From: a virus
IMG/VR virus record: IMGVR_UViG_3300020185_000013
Coordinates: 32,001 to 96,000 of that record
Length of the DNA: 64,000 nt
Strand: one strand, 5' to 3'
The notes beneath the pieces were generated by a model, which was not told where the DNA came from, did no database searches, and was given only the letters and a program-made list of their open reading frames with translations. This document shows positions 48,376-57,945 of the stretch, piece after piece (position 1 is the first letter of the stretch; every line of letters starts with the position of its first letter). Position numbers and translations under genes: made by a program.

Positions 48376-49578
48376 ATGAACATAGAAGAGTTAAAGAATA
48401 AACCAACCGATCAATTAAGTAAAAGTGAAGCGGAGTTCCTCATAAACTATTATGAGGAACTTTCCGCTAAGTACACTGCTTATGAACAGGCGGTAAAGGT
48501 AACTTTGAACTCGATCTATGGTGCATTTGGTAACAAGTGGTTTCACTTCTTCAATATTGATATTGCAGAATCTATCACATTACAAGGTCAAAATGCGATC
48601 CTGTATTCTGAAAGTATTCTAAACAAGTACTTTCAAGAGTTCTTTCATAAGGATACGATGGTTCATGAACACTTCAATATTAAGGTAAAACACCAGCTTG
48701 AACGACCATCAGTAATCTATATCGATACTGATTCTTGTTATGTTCAGTTTGAAGAAATGTACAATTCAATTGAGTGGTTAGGAGAACCTCTTTCAATCGA
48801 TACATTTATCATTGAGATTTATGCCCTTAGACTAAAGGACTATATCATTAAAGCAATGGAAAAGTATGCAGAAAAGAGAAACACTGACAACTTCTTGGTA
48901 TTTGAACTTGAAACTGTAGCATATGGTGGTATTTGGATGAGTAAGAAAAAGTACATTCAAAATATTGCATGGGATGATAAACTTGAATCAACCGATCGTC
49001 ACCCTTCATTAAAGAAGATTAAGACAATCGGATTCGATACTATTCAGTCATCTACACCAACTTTTGTTAGAGGTAAATTAAATGAAGCTCTTAAAATCCT
49101 ATTTAAGAAGCATGAGAAACCAACAGCAGAAGATCTACAAGAACTTGTTACTTTCATGAAGCAAACGAAGAAAGAATTCAAACTTGCAGATATTGACGAT
49201 ATTGCGTTCAATAAGAGAACTAATAATATTGAAAAGTATATCGTTGATGACCAAATTGAACTTCAGTTTGGATCGAAATGTCCACCGAATGTAAAAGCGG
49301 CAGGATTCTACAATTACTTATTGAACAACAATAAAAAATATAAAAACAAGTATAAACTAATTGGTAACGGGGAGAAGTTAAGAATCTATCATGTGAAAGG
49401 TAATATAAGTGATATGTTCGCATATATGCCAAGTGAACATCCTTATGAGTTTGCTCCACCTGTAGATTATGACACTCAATTTGAAAAGTCGATGATTGAT
49501 CCACTTAATCGTGTACTAAAAGCAATTGGACTTCAGACTCTTGATACTAATCTAATTTATGCTTCAGCATTATTTTAA
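48376..49578 (+). CDS. gp43B: Family B DNA polymerase, C-terminal subunit (motifs B, C, thumb)
   Basis: EQAVKVTLNSIYGAFGN, ITLQGQ, YIDTDS, KKKY, SSTP; C-terminal ASALF. Confidence 0.9.
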   Translation: MNIEELKNKPTDQLSKSEAEFLINYYEELSAKYTAYEQAVKVTLNSIYGAFGNKWFHFFNIDIAESITLQGQNAILYSESILNKYFQEFFHKDTMVHEHFNIKVKHQLERPSVIYIDTDSCYVQFEEMYNSIEWLGEPLSIDTFIIEIYALRLKDYIIKAMEKYAEKRNTDNFLVFELETVAYGGIWMSKKKYIQNIAWDDKLESTDRHPSLKKIKTIGFDTIQSSTPTFVRGKLNEALKILFKKHEKPTAEDLQELVTFMKQTKKEFKLADIDDIAFNKRTNNIEKYIVDDQIELQFGSKCPPNVKAAGFYNYLLNNNKKYKNKYKLIGNGEKLRIYHVKGNISDMFAYMPSEHPYEFAPPVDYDTQFEKSMIDPLNRVLKAIGLQTLDTNLIYASALF

Positions 49579-49580
49579 TT

Positions 49581-49748
49581 ATGGACTTAGAACAGCAAAT
49601 TATCGACCTACACAAGCAATATCCAAACGATATGGAGCTTGGAGAACAAGTAAGAATAATGGCTTGGTCATTAATGAAGAAAGAAAATGACCCAAACCAA
49701 CTAAGCCTCTGGAGTGAAGAGGAACTCGATGCTTTAGGGAATGCTTGA
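49581..49748 (+). CDS. 55-aa hypothetical protein (not in ORF track)
   Basis: MDLEQQIIDLHKQYPNDMELGEQVRIMAWSLMKKENDPNQLSLWSEEELDALGNA; tightly packed between neighbours. Confidence 0.6.
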   Translation: MDLEQQIIDLHKQYPNDMELGEQVRIMAWSLMKKENDPNQLSLWSEEELDALGNA

Positions 49749-49929
49749 TTATAATCAACTTTCAGAAGAGCAAAAACAAATCGTACGAGAATATCAAGCG
49801 ATTCACTCACGGCTGCATGAACTTGAGGAACAAATGGAAACCTTAAGTGCTGAAGCCAAACAATTGATAGGACAGCTAGAAGCTCTCCGAGAAAAAGATA
49901 AAAAAATTAATAACAATGGCGAAAAGTAA
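49741..49929 (+). CDS. Small coiled-coil protein
   Basis: Heptad pattern; overlaps both neighbours. Confidence 0.55.
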   Translation: MLDYNQLSEEQKQIVREYQAIHSRLHELEEQMETLSAEAKQLIGQLEALREKDKKINNNGEK

Positions 49930-51025
49930 ACAATTTAGCTTTGATGACATTAATGCTGAGCTAGCAAACTTGAATCCACTTGGATCAGTTATGTCAAACT
50001 CTAGTTTTAGTGATGTTACTGAGTGGATTGACACAGGTAATTATCACCTTAATGCATGTGTTTCAGGTTCTCTATTTGGTGGATGGCCAAACAACAGATC
50101 ATGTTCGATTGCAGGACCTTCTGGTACAGGTAAAACCTATCTGATCCTAAACTCTATTCGTAGAGCAATCGATATGGGCTACAACATTATCTTCTATGAT
50201 TCAGAAGCAGCAGTTGATAAAACCCTTATGAAAAAGTTTGGTATTGATACTGATAAAGTAAACTACCAACCGATTAATACGGTACAGGAGTTTAGATCTT
50301 CAGTAACTACAATTACGAAGAGAATGCAAGAGGCAAAGAGAGGCGGTGCAGAACTTCCAAAGATGATGATTATTCTTGATTCTGCTGGTAACCTTGCAAC
50401 TCAAAAAGAGATTGATGATGCAGTTAGCGGTTCTGAAAAGAGTGATATGACGCGTTCAAAGATCTTGAAGTCAATCTTCCGTATCATTATGACACCAATG
50501 GCTGACCTTAAGATTCCATTCTTATTCACAAACCATACGTACCAGACACAAGACTTTATCTCTCGTCAGGTTGCAGGCGGTGGAACAGGACCAGAATATG
50601 CAGCTTCTATTGTACTATTCTTAGGAAAAGCACAACTTAAAGATTCTAGTGGTGAAAAAGCTGGTATTATCGTTAGCGCAAAACCAAATAAGAATCGTTT
50701 TGCTAAACCGCATCCAATCAAGTTCCACCTACATTTTAGCGAAGGAATGAACCGTTATGTGGGATTAGAACAATACATCGATTGGGAAGAGATCGGTATT
50801 GCAAAAGGTACAATTGAAAAAGGCGAAAAGATACCTAAAAAGACAGCACGTAATTGGATCTGTAAGCATCTTGATGAAACAGTACCAAACAATGAATTCT
50901 TTACTGAAAAAGTATTTACTCAAGAGGTCCTAGAAAAGATCGAGAAGAAGATTCACCCACTATTTAACTATAATACTGAGGTTGAATTTGATTTTGATGA
51001 GTTAATGGAGGAAACTGAAGACTAA
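49916..51025 (+). CDS. uvsX: RecA-like recombinase UvsX
   Basis: IDTG, AGPSGTGKT, YDSE, ILDSAGNL, TNHTY, GGG. Confidence 0.92.
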   Translation: MAKSKQFSFDDINAELANLNPLGSVMSNSSFSDVTEWIDTGNYHLNACVSGSLFGGWPNNRSCSIAGPSGTGKTYLILNSIRRAIDMGYNIIFYDSEAAVDKTLMKKFGIDTDKVNYQPINTVQEFRSSVTTITKRMQEAKRGGAELPKMMIILDSAGNLATQKEIDDAVSGSEKSDMTRSKILKSIFRIIMTPMADLKIPFLFTNHTYQTQDFISRQVAGGGTGPEYAASIVLFLGKAQLKDSSGEKAGIIVSAKPNKNRFAKPHPIKFHLHFSEGMNRYVGLEQYIDWEEIGIAKGTIEKGEKIPKKTARNWICKHLDETVPNNEFFTEKVFTQEVLEKIEKKIHPLFNYNTEVEFDFDELMEETED

Positions 51026-51037
51026 TTTCTTCTATAA
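51011..51037 (+). promoter_or_regulatory. GAAAC-N17-TATAA promoter (helicase)
   Basis: gGAAACtgaagactaatttctTCTATAA, overlapping the uvsX end. Confidence 0.55.
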
Positions 51038-51056
51038 GCTTAAATAATTTAGACCT

Positions 51057-52373
51057 ATGCAATTCGGACAAGACTTCGAGAAAATATTCTTTAGAATCTC
51101 ATTAGAGAAGCCTAAGTATCTTCAATCAATTAAAAGCGGTTACTATACCTCTGAAGAAATTGATATTTTGAGCTATCTTGCTAATAAGTTCTATGTTAAG
51201 TTTAAAGAGACTCCAGGAAAAGAGCAACTTAAACTTCTAGTACAAAATTACAAGAAGGCAAAAGAAAAGATTACTGACGGTATTCTTGATGTTATCTTTG
51301 ATGTTGATCTTGCCCAATATGATGAAGAATGGCTTACCTCAACTGCAGAATCTTGGATTAAGTGGAGAACATTTGATACCACTCTGATTGATACAATCGA
51401 GTATATTAAGACAACACAGGTTACACCCGACAATGCGGATAGTATTATCCAAAAGGTAAAAGGGTTAATTAACGAGAGAAACAATATAACATTTAACTCA
51501 GACCTTGGTCTAGACTTCTTTAATCCAGAAGATCACGATCAAAAAGAAGCTGAAAAAGTTAGCTCTGGTTATAACTTCGTCGATCGAGTACTTGGCGGTG
51601 GTTATGATAAAGGTGGTAACCTAGTAGTTTATGCTGGAGAGCAAAACATTGGTAAATCAATCTACTTGGCAAATGATGCTGCAAGTTTTGTAAAAATGGG
51701 AGTTAACACTGTTGTAATTACAGCAGAAATGGCAGCTCACAAATTTGTAAAACGTATTGGTTCTAATCTTCTATCAATTAATATTAGTGAATATTCTGAT
51801 AAGGCAAAACAAAAAGAGTACATACAACGTCGACTTGAAACAGTCGGTGATGGTTTTACTCCTCCAGGCCAGTTATTCATTAAGCAAATGCCAACATCAC
51901 AAGCAACGGTTCTTGATATTGATGCATACATTACTCAACTTGAAGAAGAAAAGCAGATTAAGATTGGAGCAGTTGTAATTGACTACATTAACATCTTGGC
52001 AAACTATCGTAATCCAAACAGTGAGAACACTTACTTAAAGATTAAACAAATTGCAGAAGATTTAAGAGCAATGGGTCAACGTCATGATTGGTTAATTGTA
52101 ACAGCAACTCAGATTACAAGAGGAGGTTATAATTCAAGTGACATCTCAATGGGAGATATTGCAGAATCAGCTGGTCTTTCACACACTGCCGATGTAATGT
52201 ATGGTATTATTCAAGATGATTTAATGCGTGCAAGTGACGAATACTGGCTCAAAATCTTAAAGATGAGAGATGGTGAAGGAAAAGGAACAAAATGTAAACT
52301 AAACATTAACTGGAATTATATGCGTCTGGTAGAAACAGAAGATATAACAAACAGTAATCTACACGGAATATGA
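51057..52373 (+). CDS. gp41: Replicative DnaB-family helicase
   Basis: AGEQNIGKS, TAEM, IDYINI, AEDLR, TATQITR, AESAGL..TAD, KMRDG. Confidence 0.92.
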   Translation: MQFGQDFEKIFFRISLEKPKYLQSIKSGYYTSEEIDILSYLANKFYVKFKETPGKEQLKLLVQNYKKAKEKITDGILDVIFDVDLAQYDEEWLTSTAESWIKWRTFDTTLIDTIEYIKTTQVTPDNADSIIQKVKGLINERNNITFNSDLGLDFFNPEDHDQKEAEKVSSGYNFVDRVLGGGYDKGGNLVVYAGEQNIGKSIYLANDAASFVKMGVNTVVITAEMAAHKFVKRIGSNLLSINISEYSDKAKQKEYIQRRLETVGDGFTPPGQLFIKQMPTSQATVLDIDAYITQLEEEKQIKIGAVVIDYINILANYRNPNSENTYLKIKQIAEDLRAMGQRHDWLIVTATQITRGGYNSSDISMGDIAESAGLSHTADVMYGIIQDDLMRASDEYWLKILKMRDGEGKGTKCKLNINWNYMRLVETEDITNSNLHGI

Positions 52374-52810
52374 TAGAAAGAGATAAAATATTTGACAATA
52401 ATTTTGAATCACCAGACTTTGAGATTTTACCTAATTTCTCATTTGATTTGGACCCTTCTTGGAAAGACGATCGATCTGAAGAGGACAAGATTCATTATGA
52501 TATGATCGCACGAGAAATACACAAGCTGGTTACGGCCTCTAGATTTAAGATCTTTAATGAAATCGACGACCACGGGAGAAGCGTAAAATTAAAAAAGGTT
52601 GAAATCAACGACGTATATGGATATATTGTCGGTGAGATGCTAACAAAATACAGTAGAATTGACCTATTCAGCGAACTATGTGTCTATTTTGATATTAACC
52701 CAACTAAGTTTTATAATTCACTTTCAAACATTTACAAAGAAGATTTAATTGAAGAGCTAGACCTCAAGACAGGAGTCCTTGGAAAGAAGAACATTAACAA
52801 GTTATTCTAA
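52370..52810 (+). CDS. Hypothetical protein, possibly gp33-like late transcription co-activator
   Basis: C-half IDLFSELCVYFDINP..LSNIYKEDLIEE..KLF resembles the gp33 helical pattern with a clamp-binding-type tail. Confidence 0.35.
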   Translation: MIERDKIFDNNFESPDFEILPNFSFDLDPSWKDDRSEEDKIHYDMIAREIHKLVTASRFKIFNEIDDHGRSVKLKKVEINDVYGYIVGEMLTKYSRIDLFSELCVYFDINPTKFYNSLSNIYKEDLIEELDLKTGVLGKKNINKLF

Positions 52811-53919
52811 TGATTGATTCTAAAGTTTTTAACGAGGGTGCAAACAGGGTTTGGATCCTCGGAGATTTACACTTCGGAGTTCGGGCAAATTCTCAAGAAT
52901 GGCTCGATATCCAGAAAGAATTCTTTGAAAAGTACTTTATACCAACTCTTAAAGAGCATGTAAAGCCAGGTGATGTATTGGTTCAGGTTGGAGATACGTT
53001 TGATAACCGACAGTCGATCAATATTAAGGTACTAAACTATGCTGTAAATCTGTTTGAAAGGTTAGGTAATATTTTACCAGTTCATGTTATTTGTGGTAAC
53101 CATGATATTTGGGCTAAGAAGAGTAACGAAATTACTTCAATTGATAGTTTGAAATGGATCCCAAATGTACAGATCTATAAAGAACCTCAATTGATGGACT
53201 GGAATGGTCGTAAGGTTTTAATGATGCCATGGAGACGTGATACTGCACATGAAACTGAAACACTTGCCGAATTTCCGACTGCTGAAATAGTATTTTGTCA
53301 TTCTGAAGTAAGTGGAATTTACCTAAATGCAAAAGTAAAGAACGCGCACGGTACTAGACCTAATGTTTACTCAAAGTATACTCGAGTTTACAGTGGACAT
53401 ATTCACTATCGACAAGAGAATGGAAAGCTCTTATTGGTCGGTACTCCATATGAATTAACACGCTCAGATAGAGGTAATCAAAAAGGATTCGATCTAGTTG
53501 ATTTAGAAGACATGTCAGAAACATTCTTCCCGAACAACATATCACCAAAGTTCTTGAAGTTTAATATCACGAAGTTATTCGATATGACTCTCGGTGAATT
53601 TAAGGATCAGATTAGAAATAATTTTATTGATTTATATGTTCCAAGTAAAATTGCAACATCTAATTCGTTAAGTGAATTAATTAATAAGATTCAAAATATT
53701 GGTCGAAGATTAGAACCGAACATTTATCAAGAGACTGATATTATTGATAAGGACTTCCACGATCTTGATGACGAGATCTATAAGAATTACAATATATTAA
53801 ACCTTTGCGAATCGTACGTTGAAAACTTAAATTATGACGACGATACGAAACAAAAGTTAAAATATAAACTAAAACAGTTACACGACCTTTGTGCGTATAA
53901 CCACGATATTGACAGATGA
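52810..53919 (+). CDS. gp47: Mre11/SbcD-like recombination nuclease
   Basis: GDLHFG, GDTFD, GNHD, SGHIH. Confidence 0.9.
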   Translation: MIDSKVFNEGANRVWILGDLHFGVRANSQEWLDIQKEFFEKYFIPTLKEHVKPGDVLVQVGDTFDNRQSINIKVLNYAVNLFERLGNILPVHVICGNHDIWAKKSNEITSIDSLKWIPNVQIYKEPQLMDWNGRKVLMMPWRRDTAHETETLAEFPTAEIVFCHSEVSGIYLNAKVKNAHGTRPNVYSKYTRVYSGHIHYRQENGKLLLVGTPYELTRSDRGNQKGFDLVDLEDMSETFFPNNISPKFLKFNITKLFDMTLGEFKDQIRNNFIDLYVPSKIATSNSLSELINKIQNIGRRLEPNIYQETDIIDKDFHDLDDEIYKNYNILNLCESYVENLNYDDDTKQKLKYKLKQLHDLCAYNHDIDR

Positions 53920-55586
53920 GAATAGACTCTATAGCATTTAAGAATTTTGCAAGTTACGGAAATAAGGTACAACGAATAGAATTTGAGGATGATTTCTCAG
54001 AATTGTTTTTGACCTTAGGAAAGAATGGAGATGGAAAGACAACAATTGCAAATGCTATCATCTTTGCCCTATATGGTAAAGTTGAAGGTGTTAAGTTAGG
54101 TGATCTTCCAAACCGAATCAATGGTGAGCTTTGGGTACAGATCAAACTTAAATGTGGAACTATTGAAGTTGACATTGAGAGAGGACTAAGTCCAACTATC
54201 TTTAATGTTAAACTAAATGGTGTAGAATTCGACAAGGCTGGTAAAAAGAGCGTTCAAGACTATCTTGAAGAAGAGGTATATGGAATTCCTTACCATGTAT
54301 TTAAGAACATTATTATCCTATCAATTAATGATTTCAAATCGTTCTTAACAATGAGTAATAGCGATAAGAAACAAATCATTGATAAGATGTTTGGTTTCTC
54401 TGTATTAAATGATATGCAGCAGAAAATCAAAGATGAGAGAAAGAATGTCAGACTTGAAATAGCAGGCTATGAATCAGAATTGAACCAAATTATGGAATCA
54501 ATTCAATCAGTTCGTCATAAATTAAATACTCTACTTGAAGAATCTTCTCAAAAGAATAAGGAAAAGATTGAAGAGCTTAAGAATCAGCTGACCCAATTAA
54601 ATGAAGATGCTAAAGGTCTTAAACTTGAAAAGGACGAGCTAACCAAAATTATTGGTGAGTCAAAAGAAGAATATGACGATGCTAGATCTGAAGCTTCAAA
54701 ACTAAAGCACGAGATTGAGTATCTGAAAAAGAAGATCGATCTTTATGAGGGTGGTAACTGTCCAACATGTGAGACCAAACTTGATAGTGAATGGCATACT
54801 CAAAAACTTGACGAGTTCCAGGACCAGTTAAAAGAAAGTGCAACTGGAATTAAGGAACAAAAAGACAAGATGGATGCTACTAAGGGCAGAATCGATGAAC
54901 TTTCAAATCAAAAGAAAGGAATTGAATCAAAGGCATCCAATATTAAATATGAGATGCAGTCTCTTAAGAATGAACTAGTCAAAATTAAAGATACGTCAAG
55001 CAGTGATCAGTTCGAACATTTAAAAAAGCTAATCGAAGATTTTGAAGATAAAGAAGCTAAGAAGTCTGCTGAATCAAGTAAATTGTCGAATGATTATCAA
55101 TTTATGGAAATGGTTGAGAACATCCTGGGTGAAGACGGTGTTAAAAACTTAGCAGTAAAAACAATTCTGCCAGGTTTAAATACTAACATTGCCGCGATGA
55201 CACAAACAATGCACTTACCATTCCATATTAAATTTGATGAGAAGTTTAATTGTATTATTAATCATTTAGGAGAGGAGATTAACCCAATGACCCTTTCTAC
55301 CGGTGAACGTAAAAAAGCAGACTTTATTATTATCATTGCGATTATTAAAATCTTAAAGTTACGTTTCCCACAACTAAACCTACTATTCCTTGATGAATTG
55401 TTAAGTTCGGTTGATAATGACGGAGTACACAATATCTTAAAGATCCTATCACAGGTTATTAAAGAGAACAAGATTAATACATTTGTAATTAACCACACTG
55501 TATTACCGCATGAAATCTTTGATAAGAAGGTACAGATCTATAGAGAGAATGGTTTCTCTAAATTCGAAATCGAAAGAATTGAGTAG
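53916..55586 (+). CDS. gp46: Rad50/SbcC-like ATPase
   Basis: FKNFASYGN, GKNGDGKTT, Zn hook CPTC, LSTGE, LFLDE. Confidence 0.92.
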   Translation: MRIDSIAFKNFASYGNKVQRIEFEDDFSELFLTLGKNGDGKTTIANAIIFALYGKVEGVKLGDLPNRINGELWVQIKLKCGTIEVDIERGLSPTIFNVKLNGVEFDKAGKKSVQDYLEEEVYGIPYHVFKNIIILSINDFKSFLTMSNSDKKQIIDKMFGFSVLNDMQQKIKDERKNVRLEIAGYESELNQIMESIQSVRHKLNTLLEESSQKNKEKIEELKNQLTQLNEDAKGLKLEKDELTKIIGESKEEYDDARSEASKLKHEIEYLKKKIDLYEGGNCPTCETKLDSEWHTQKLDEFQDQLKESATGIKEQKDKMDATKGRIDELSNQKKGIESKASNIKYEMQSLKNELVKIKDTSSSDQFEHLKKLIEDFEDKEAKKSAESSKLSNDYQFMEMVENILGEDGVKNLAVKTILPGLNTNIAAMTQTMHLPFHIKFDEKFNCIINHLGEEINPMTLSTGERKKADFIIIIAIIKILKLRFPQLNLLFLDELLSSVDNDGVHNILKILSQVIKENKINTFVINHTVLPHEIFDKKVQIYRENGFSKFEIERIE

Positions 55587-55594
55587 GATATATA
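55587..55594 (+). promoter_or_regulatory. Putative late promoter GATATATA
   Basis: At the replication-to-virion gene switch, within the inverted repeat GATATA-TAG-TATATC. Confidence 0.65.
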
Positions 55595-55619
55595 GTATAT
55601 CTGAAAAATTATCATATAG

Positions 55620-56435
55620 ATGGCAACATATAACCTTAAATTCAACAAAGACGACAGTGTAGTTAGGCACCTAATTATTGGCCTACTCGCTGACTTGAAT
55701 CAAAAGTTAAGTTTCCATCGTCAGGTTTCGAATGATAATAGAGTCGAGGTAGATGTACCATTCTACTATTCTATTACAGGAGACGAAAACTTCTTACGTG
55801 ATGAATTTCTATTCACAACGATCGGTGGAGTAAATTGTGTACCTGATGGACAAAAAGCAGATGGTAATTACGACCAAGTTCCAAGAGGAATTATCAATAT
55901 AACTTCACTTAATGTCGATCCTTCAAAACTGGTAAACAAGAGAAATCTTGGTCAATACTCAGTCCTTGATAAGGACGGTGTAATGCAGAGTTATGTTGCT
56001 GAATTTAGTATGATTCCAATCGTGTTAGGATTTGATGTTACAATTGTAGTTTCAAGTCAACTTGACCTATTTAAAGTTACTGAGGCGATCATTAAAAAGA
56101 TGTACCGTGCTAATTACTATAATGTAGAAGTTGGACATCTTGAAGAGGGACTTTACAGAGTTTCTTCAGAGTATGCAGTACCTGATGATTATAGTTTAGA
56201 AAGACCGGTTGAATTCGGATTTGGCGAGAAAGAGGACTTTAGAGTTACCTTTCCTCTAGAAATCAATTCATTTATTCCATCATTTGACTTCTCAACTGCA
56301 AGGCATGCTGGTAATAGAATGGAAGTTATTGGAAGCTTTAATAATACACAAAATGGAGAAGTTGAAGGACCAGATGCTCCACTACTAGGAGACAACTATA
56401 GTGTTACTGGTCGAGAAGTTCCATTTAAAGAATAA
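55620..56435 (+). CDS. gp15: Tail sheath stabiliser / terminator, gp15-like
   Basis: VDVPFYY..ENFL, VPRG..ITSLNVD, PIVLGFDVTI..EAII. Confidence 0.6.
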   Translation: MATYNLKFNKDDSVVRHLIIGLLADLNQKLSFHRQVSNDNRVEVDVPFYYSITGDENFLRDEFLFTTIGGVNCVPDGQKADGNYDQVPRGIINITSLNVDPSKLVNKRNLGQYSVLDKDGVMQSYVAEFSMIPIVLGFDVTIVVSSQLDLFKVTEAIIKKMYRANYYNVEVGHLEEGLYRVSSEYAVPDDYSLERPVEFGFGEKEDFRVTFPLEINSFIPSFDFSTARHAGNRMEVIGSFNNTQNGEVEGPDAPLLGDNYSVTGREVPFKE

Positions 56436-56471
56436 ATACTTGATATATAAAGAAAATTAAAAAACCATAAA

Positions 56472-57686
56472 ATGGCTACAGTTAAGAAAAATATCTTCAC
56501 GATTTGCTTTGAGTCTGGCGAGAACTCTAAAGTAGTTTATACTGCTGGAAAATTCTTCAACGTAACAGAGAGCGGAGTTTCACCAATGTCGACTGCAAAC
56601 AATCCACTATTGGAAGACCTAGCATATTCACTGAAGAACTTTAATGTAACAGAAGAGGGCTTAAGCTTTTACTACGATTTAAAATCTAAGTCTATCAAAA
56701 GAATCACTGAAGGAATTGTTTCAGCAGAGTTTCAGCAAGAAAAAATGAATGAGTCGGTTGAGTCTTTCAACGAATTGATCGAGCTTAACGCAAAACTTTC
56801 TGAAGTAGAAGCTCTAAGAAAAGAGCACAAACTTGCTGGTAACGAAGCTGCAGTTTCTGAAGCGATCAACATTATTTCGGAAATCAAAGCATCGATTGCT
56901 AAGGTTAAGGAAACAGCAACAGTTACTCTATACAGATACGTTGCAGAAGAAAATAAAGTATACGTTAACAATACTGAAACAGCTCTAGAAAATTTCACAG
57001 AGAATATGTTTGCTGCTGGTTACATTAACTACGCAGACAAAGCAATTCTAAAAAAGTTCGAAGCCGCTGCAAATAACTTTGATAAGTATTCAGTCGCTGA
57101 AAACCTAACAGAAATTACTGAAGATGTAATTACTGTTTCAACATTTAGAGTTAACGAAAAAGCTTTCGTTTACAAGAACAACGTAGAAACGACAATTACA
57201 GAATTTAAAGAACTATCTGCGGTAGCAGCTATCGATTATATTTCTGAAAAGACAGGAGAAGATGTATCATTCATGTTCGAAGACGTCCTACAGGCAAAAC
57301 TAGAATTAAGATCTAGATTAGATGCTAAAATCGAAGAGACTTTAGGGTTAATCGCGTTCTTAAAAGATCAGAGAAATATTCTAGCAGAGGCTAATAAGAA
57401 TATCCCAGAAATTAAAGAAGCTGATAAATTAATTAGTTCTGAAATTGCTAACTTCGAAAGAATCATTTCTATTTTAGAGAATGATGAGTTAACAAGAAAC
57501 GACGGATTTACAAGTGGCATACTAAGCACTGAATATGAAGGCCATGCAGCTGGAACAGAAGTAAAAGTAGATGCATTAGACTATACAACTGCTGGTAAAG
57601 ACGATATGATTACAGTTGTTATCGGAGAAAGCAATGTTAAAGTACTGAAAAAACATGTTGAGATTAGTTCTAAAGAAACAATCTAA
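56472..57686 (+). CDS. Hypothetical late protein, probably head-associated
   Basis: GATATATA at 56442; coiled coils and several xxE sites. Confidence 0.45.
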   Translation: MATVKKNIFTICFESGENSKVVYTAGKFFNVTESGVSPMSTANNPLLEDLAYSLKNFNVTEEGLSFYYDLKSKSIKRITEGIVSAEFQQEKMNESVESFNELIELNAKLSEVEALRKEHKLAGNEAAVSEAINIISEIKASIAKVKETATVTLYRYVAEENKVYVNNTETALENFTENMFAAGYINYADKAILKKFEAAANNFDKYSVAENLTEITEDVITVSTFRVNEKAFVYKNNVETTITEFKELSAVAAIDYISEKTGEDVSFMFEDVLQAKLELRSRLDAKIEETLGLIAFLKDQRNILAEANKNIPEIKEADKLISSEIANFERIISILENDELTRNDGFTSGILSTEYEGHAAGTEVKVDALDYTTAGKDDMITVVIGESNVKVLKKHVEISSKETI

Positions 57687-57709
57687 TAAACATAGTTATT
57701 AACAATAAG

Positions 57710-57742
57710 AAAAGGGCCAATTGGAAACAATTGGCCCTTTTT
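57710..57742. terminator. Perfect 14-bp hairpin with GAAA loop (bidirectional terminator-like)
   Basis: AAAAGGGCCAATTG-GAAA-CAATTGGCCCTTTT. Confidence 0.85.
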
Positions 57743-57750
57743 GTCTATAA
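57724..57750 (+). promoter_or_regulatory. GAAAC-N17-TATAA promoter (gp55 operon)
   Basis: gGAAACaattggccctttttgTCTATAA. Confidence 0.6.
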
Positions 57751-57768
57751 TCTAAAACAAAATAAATT

Positions 57769-57945
57769 ATGAGTTTATTACAGATACTTATTATTCTTGC
57801 CTTTGGCCTTTGGGGCTACAAGAATTTTGAAAATAAAAATAGAGAGCCATGGAGAGGATTCTTATGGGGATTCTTTTTAGGCCTGATTGGTGTCGCTATT
57901 ACCTATATGTTTATCACTAAAGAAATCGAAGAAAATAATGGCTAG
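57769..57945 (+). CDS. 58-aa two-TM membrane protein (not in ORF track)
   Basis: MSLLQILIILAFGLWGYKNFENKNREPWRGFLWGFFLGLIGVAITYMFITKEIEENNG. Confidence 0.65.
   Translation: MSLLQILIILAFGLWGYKNFENKNREPWRGFLWGFFLGLIGVAITYMFITKEIEENNG

Noticed and set aside
44400-48500. Split intein or intron joining the polymerase halves
   Set aside because: No Cys/Ser-initiated intein N-part, no HN-C/S junction, no homing endonuclease; the intervening genes are ordinary
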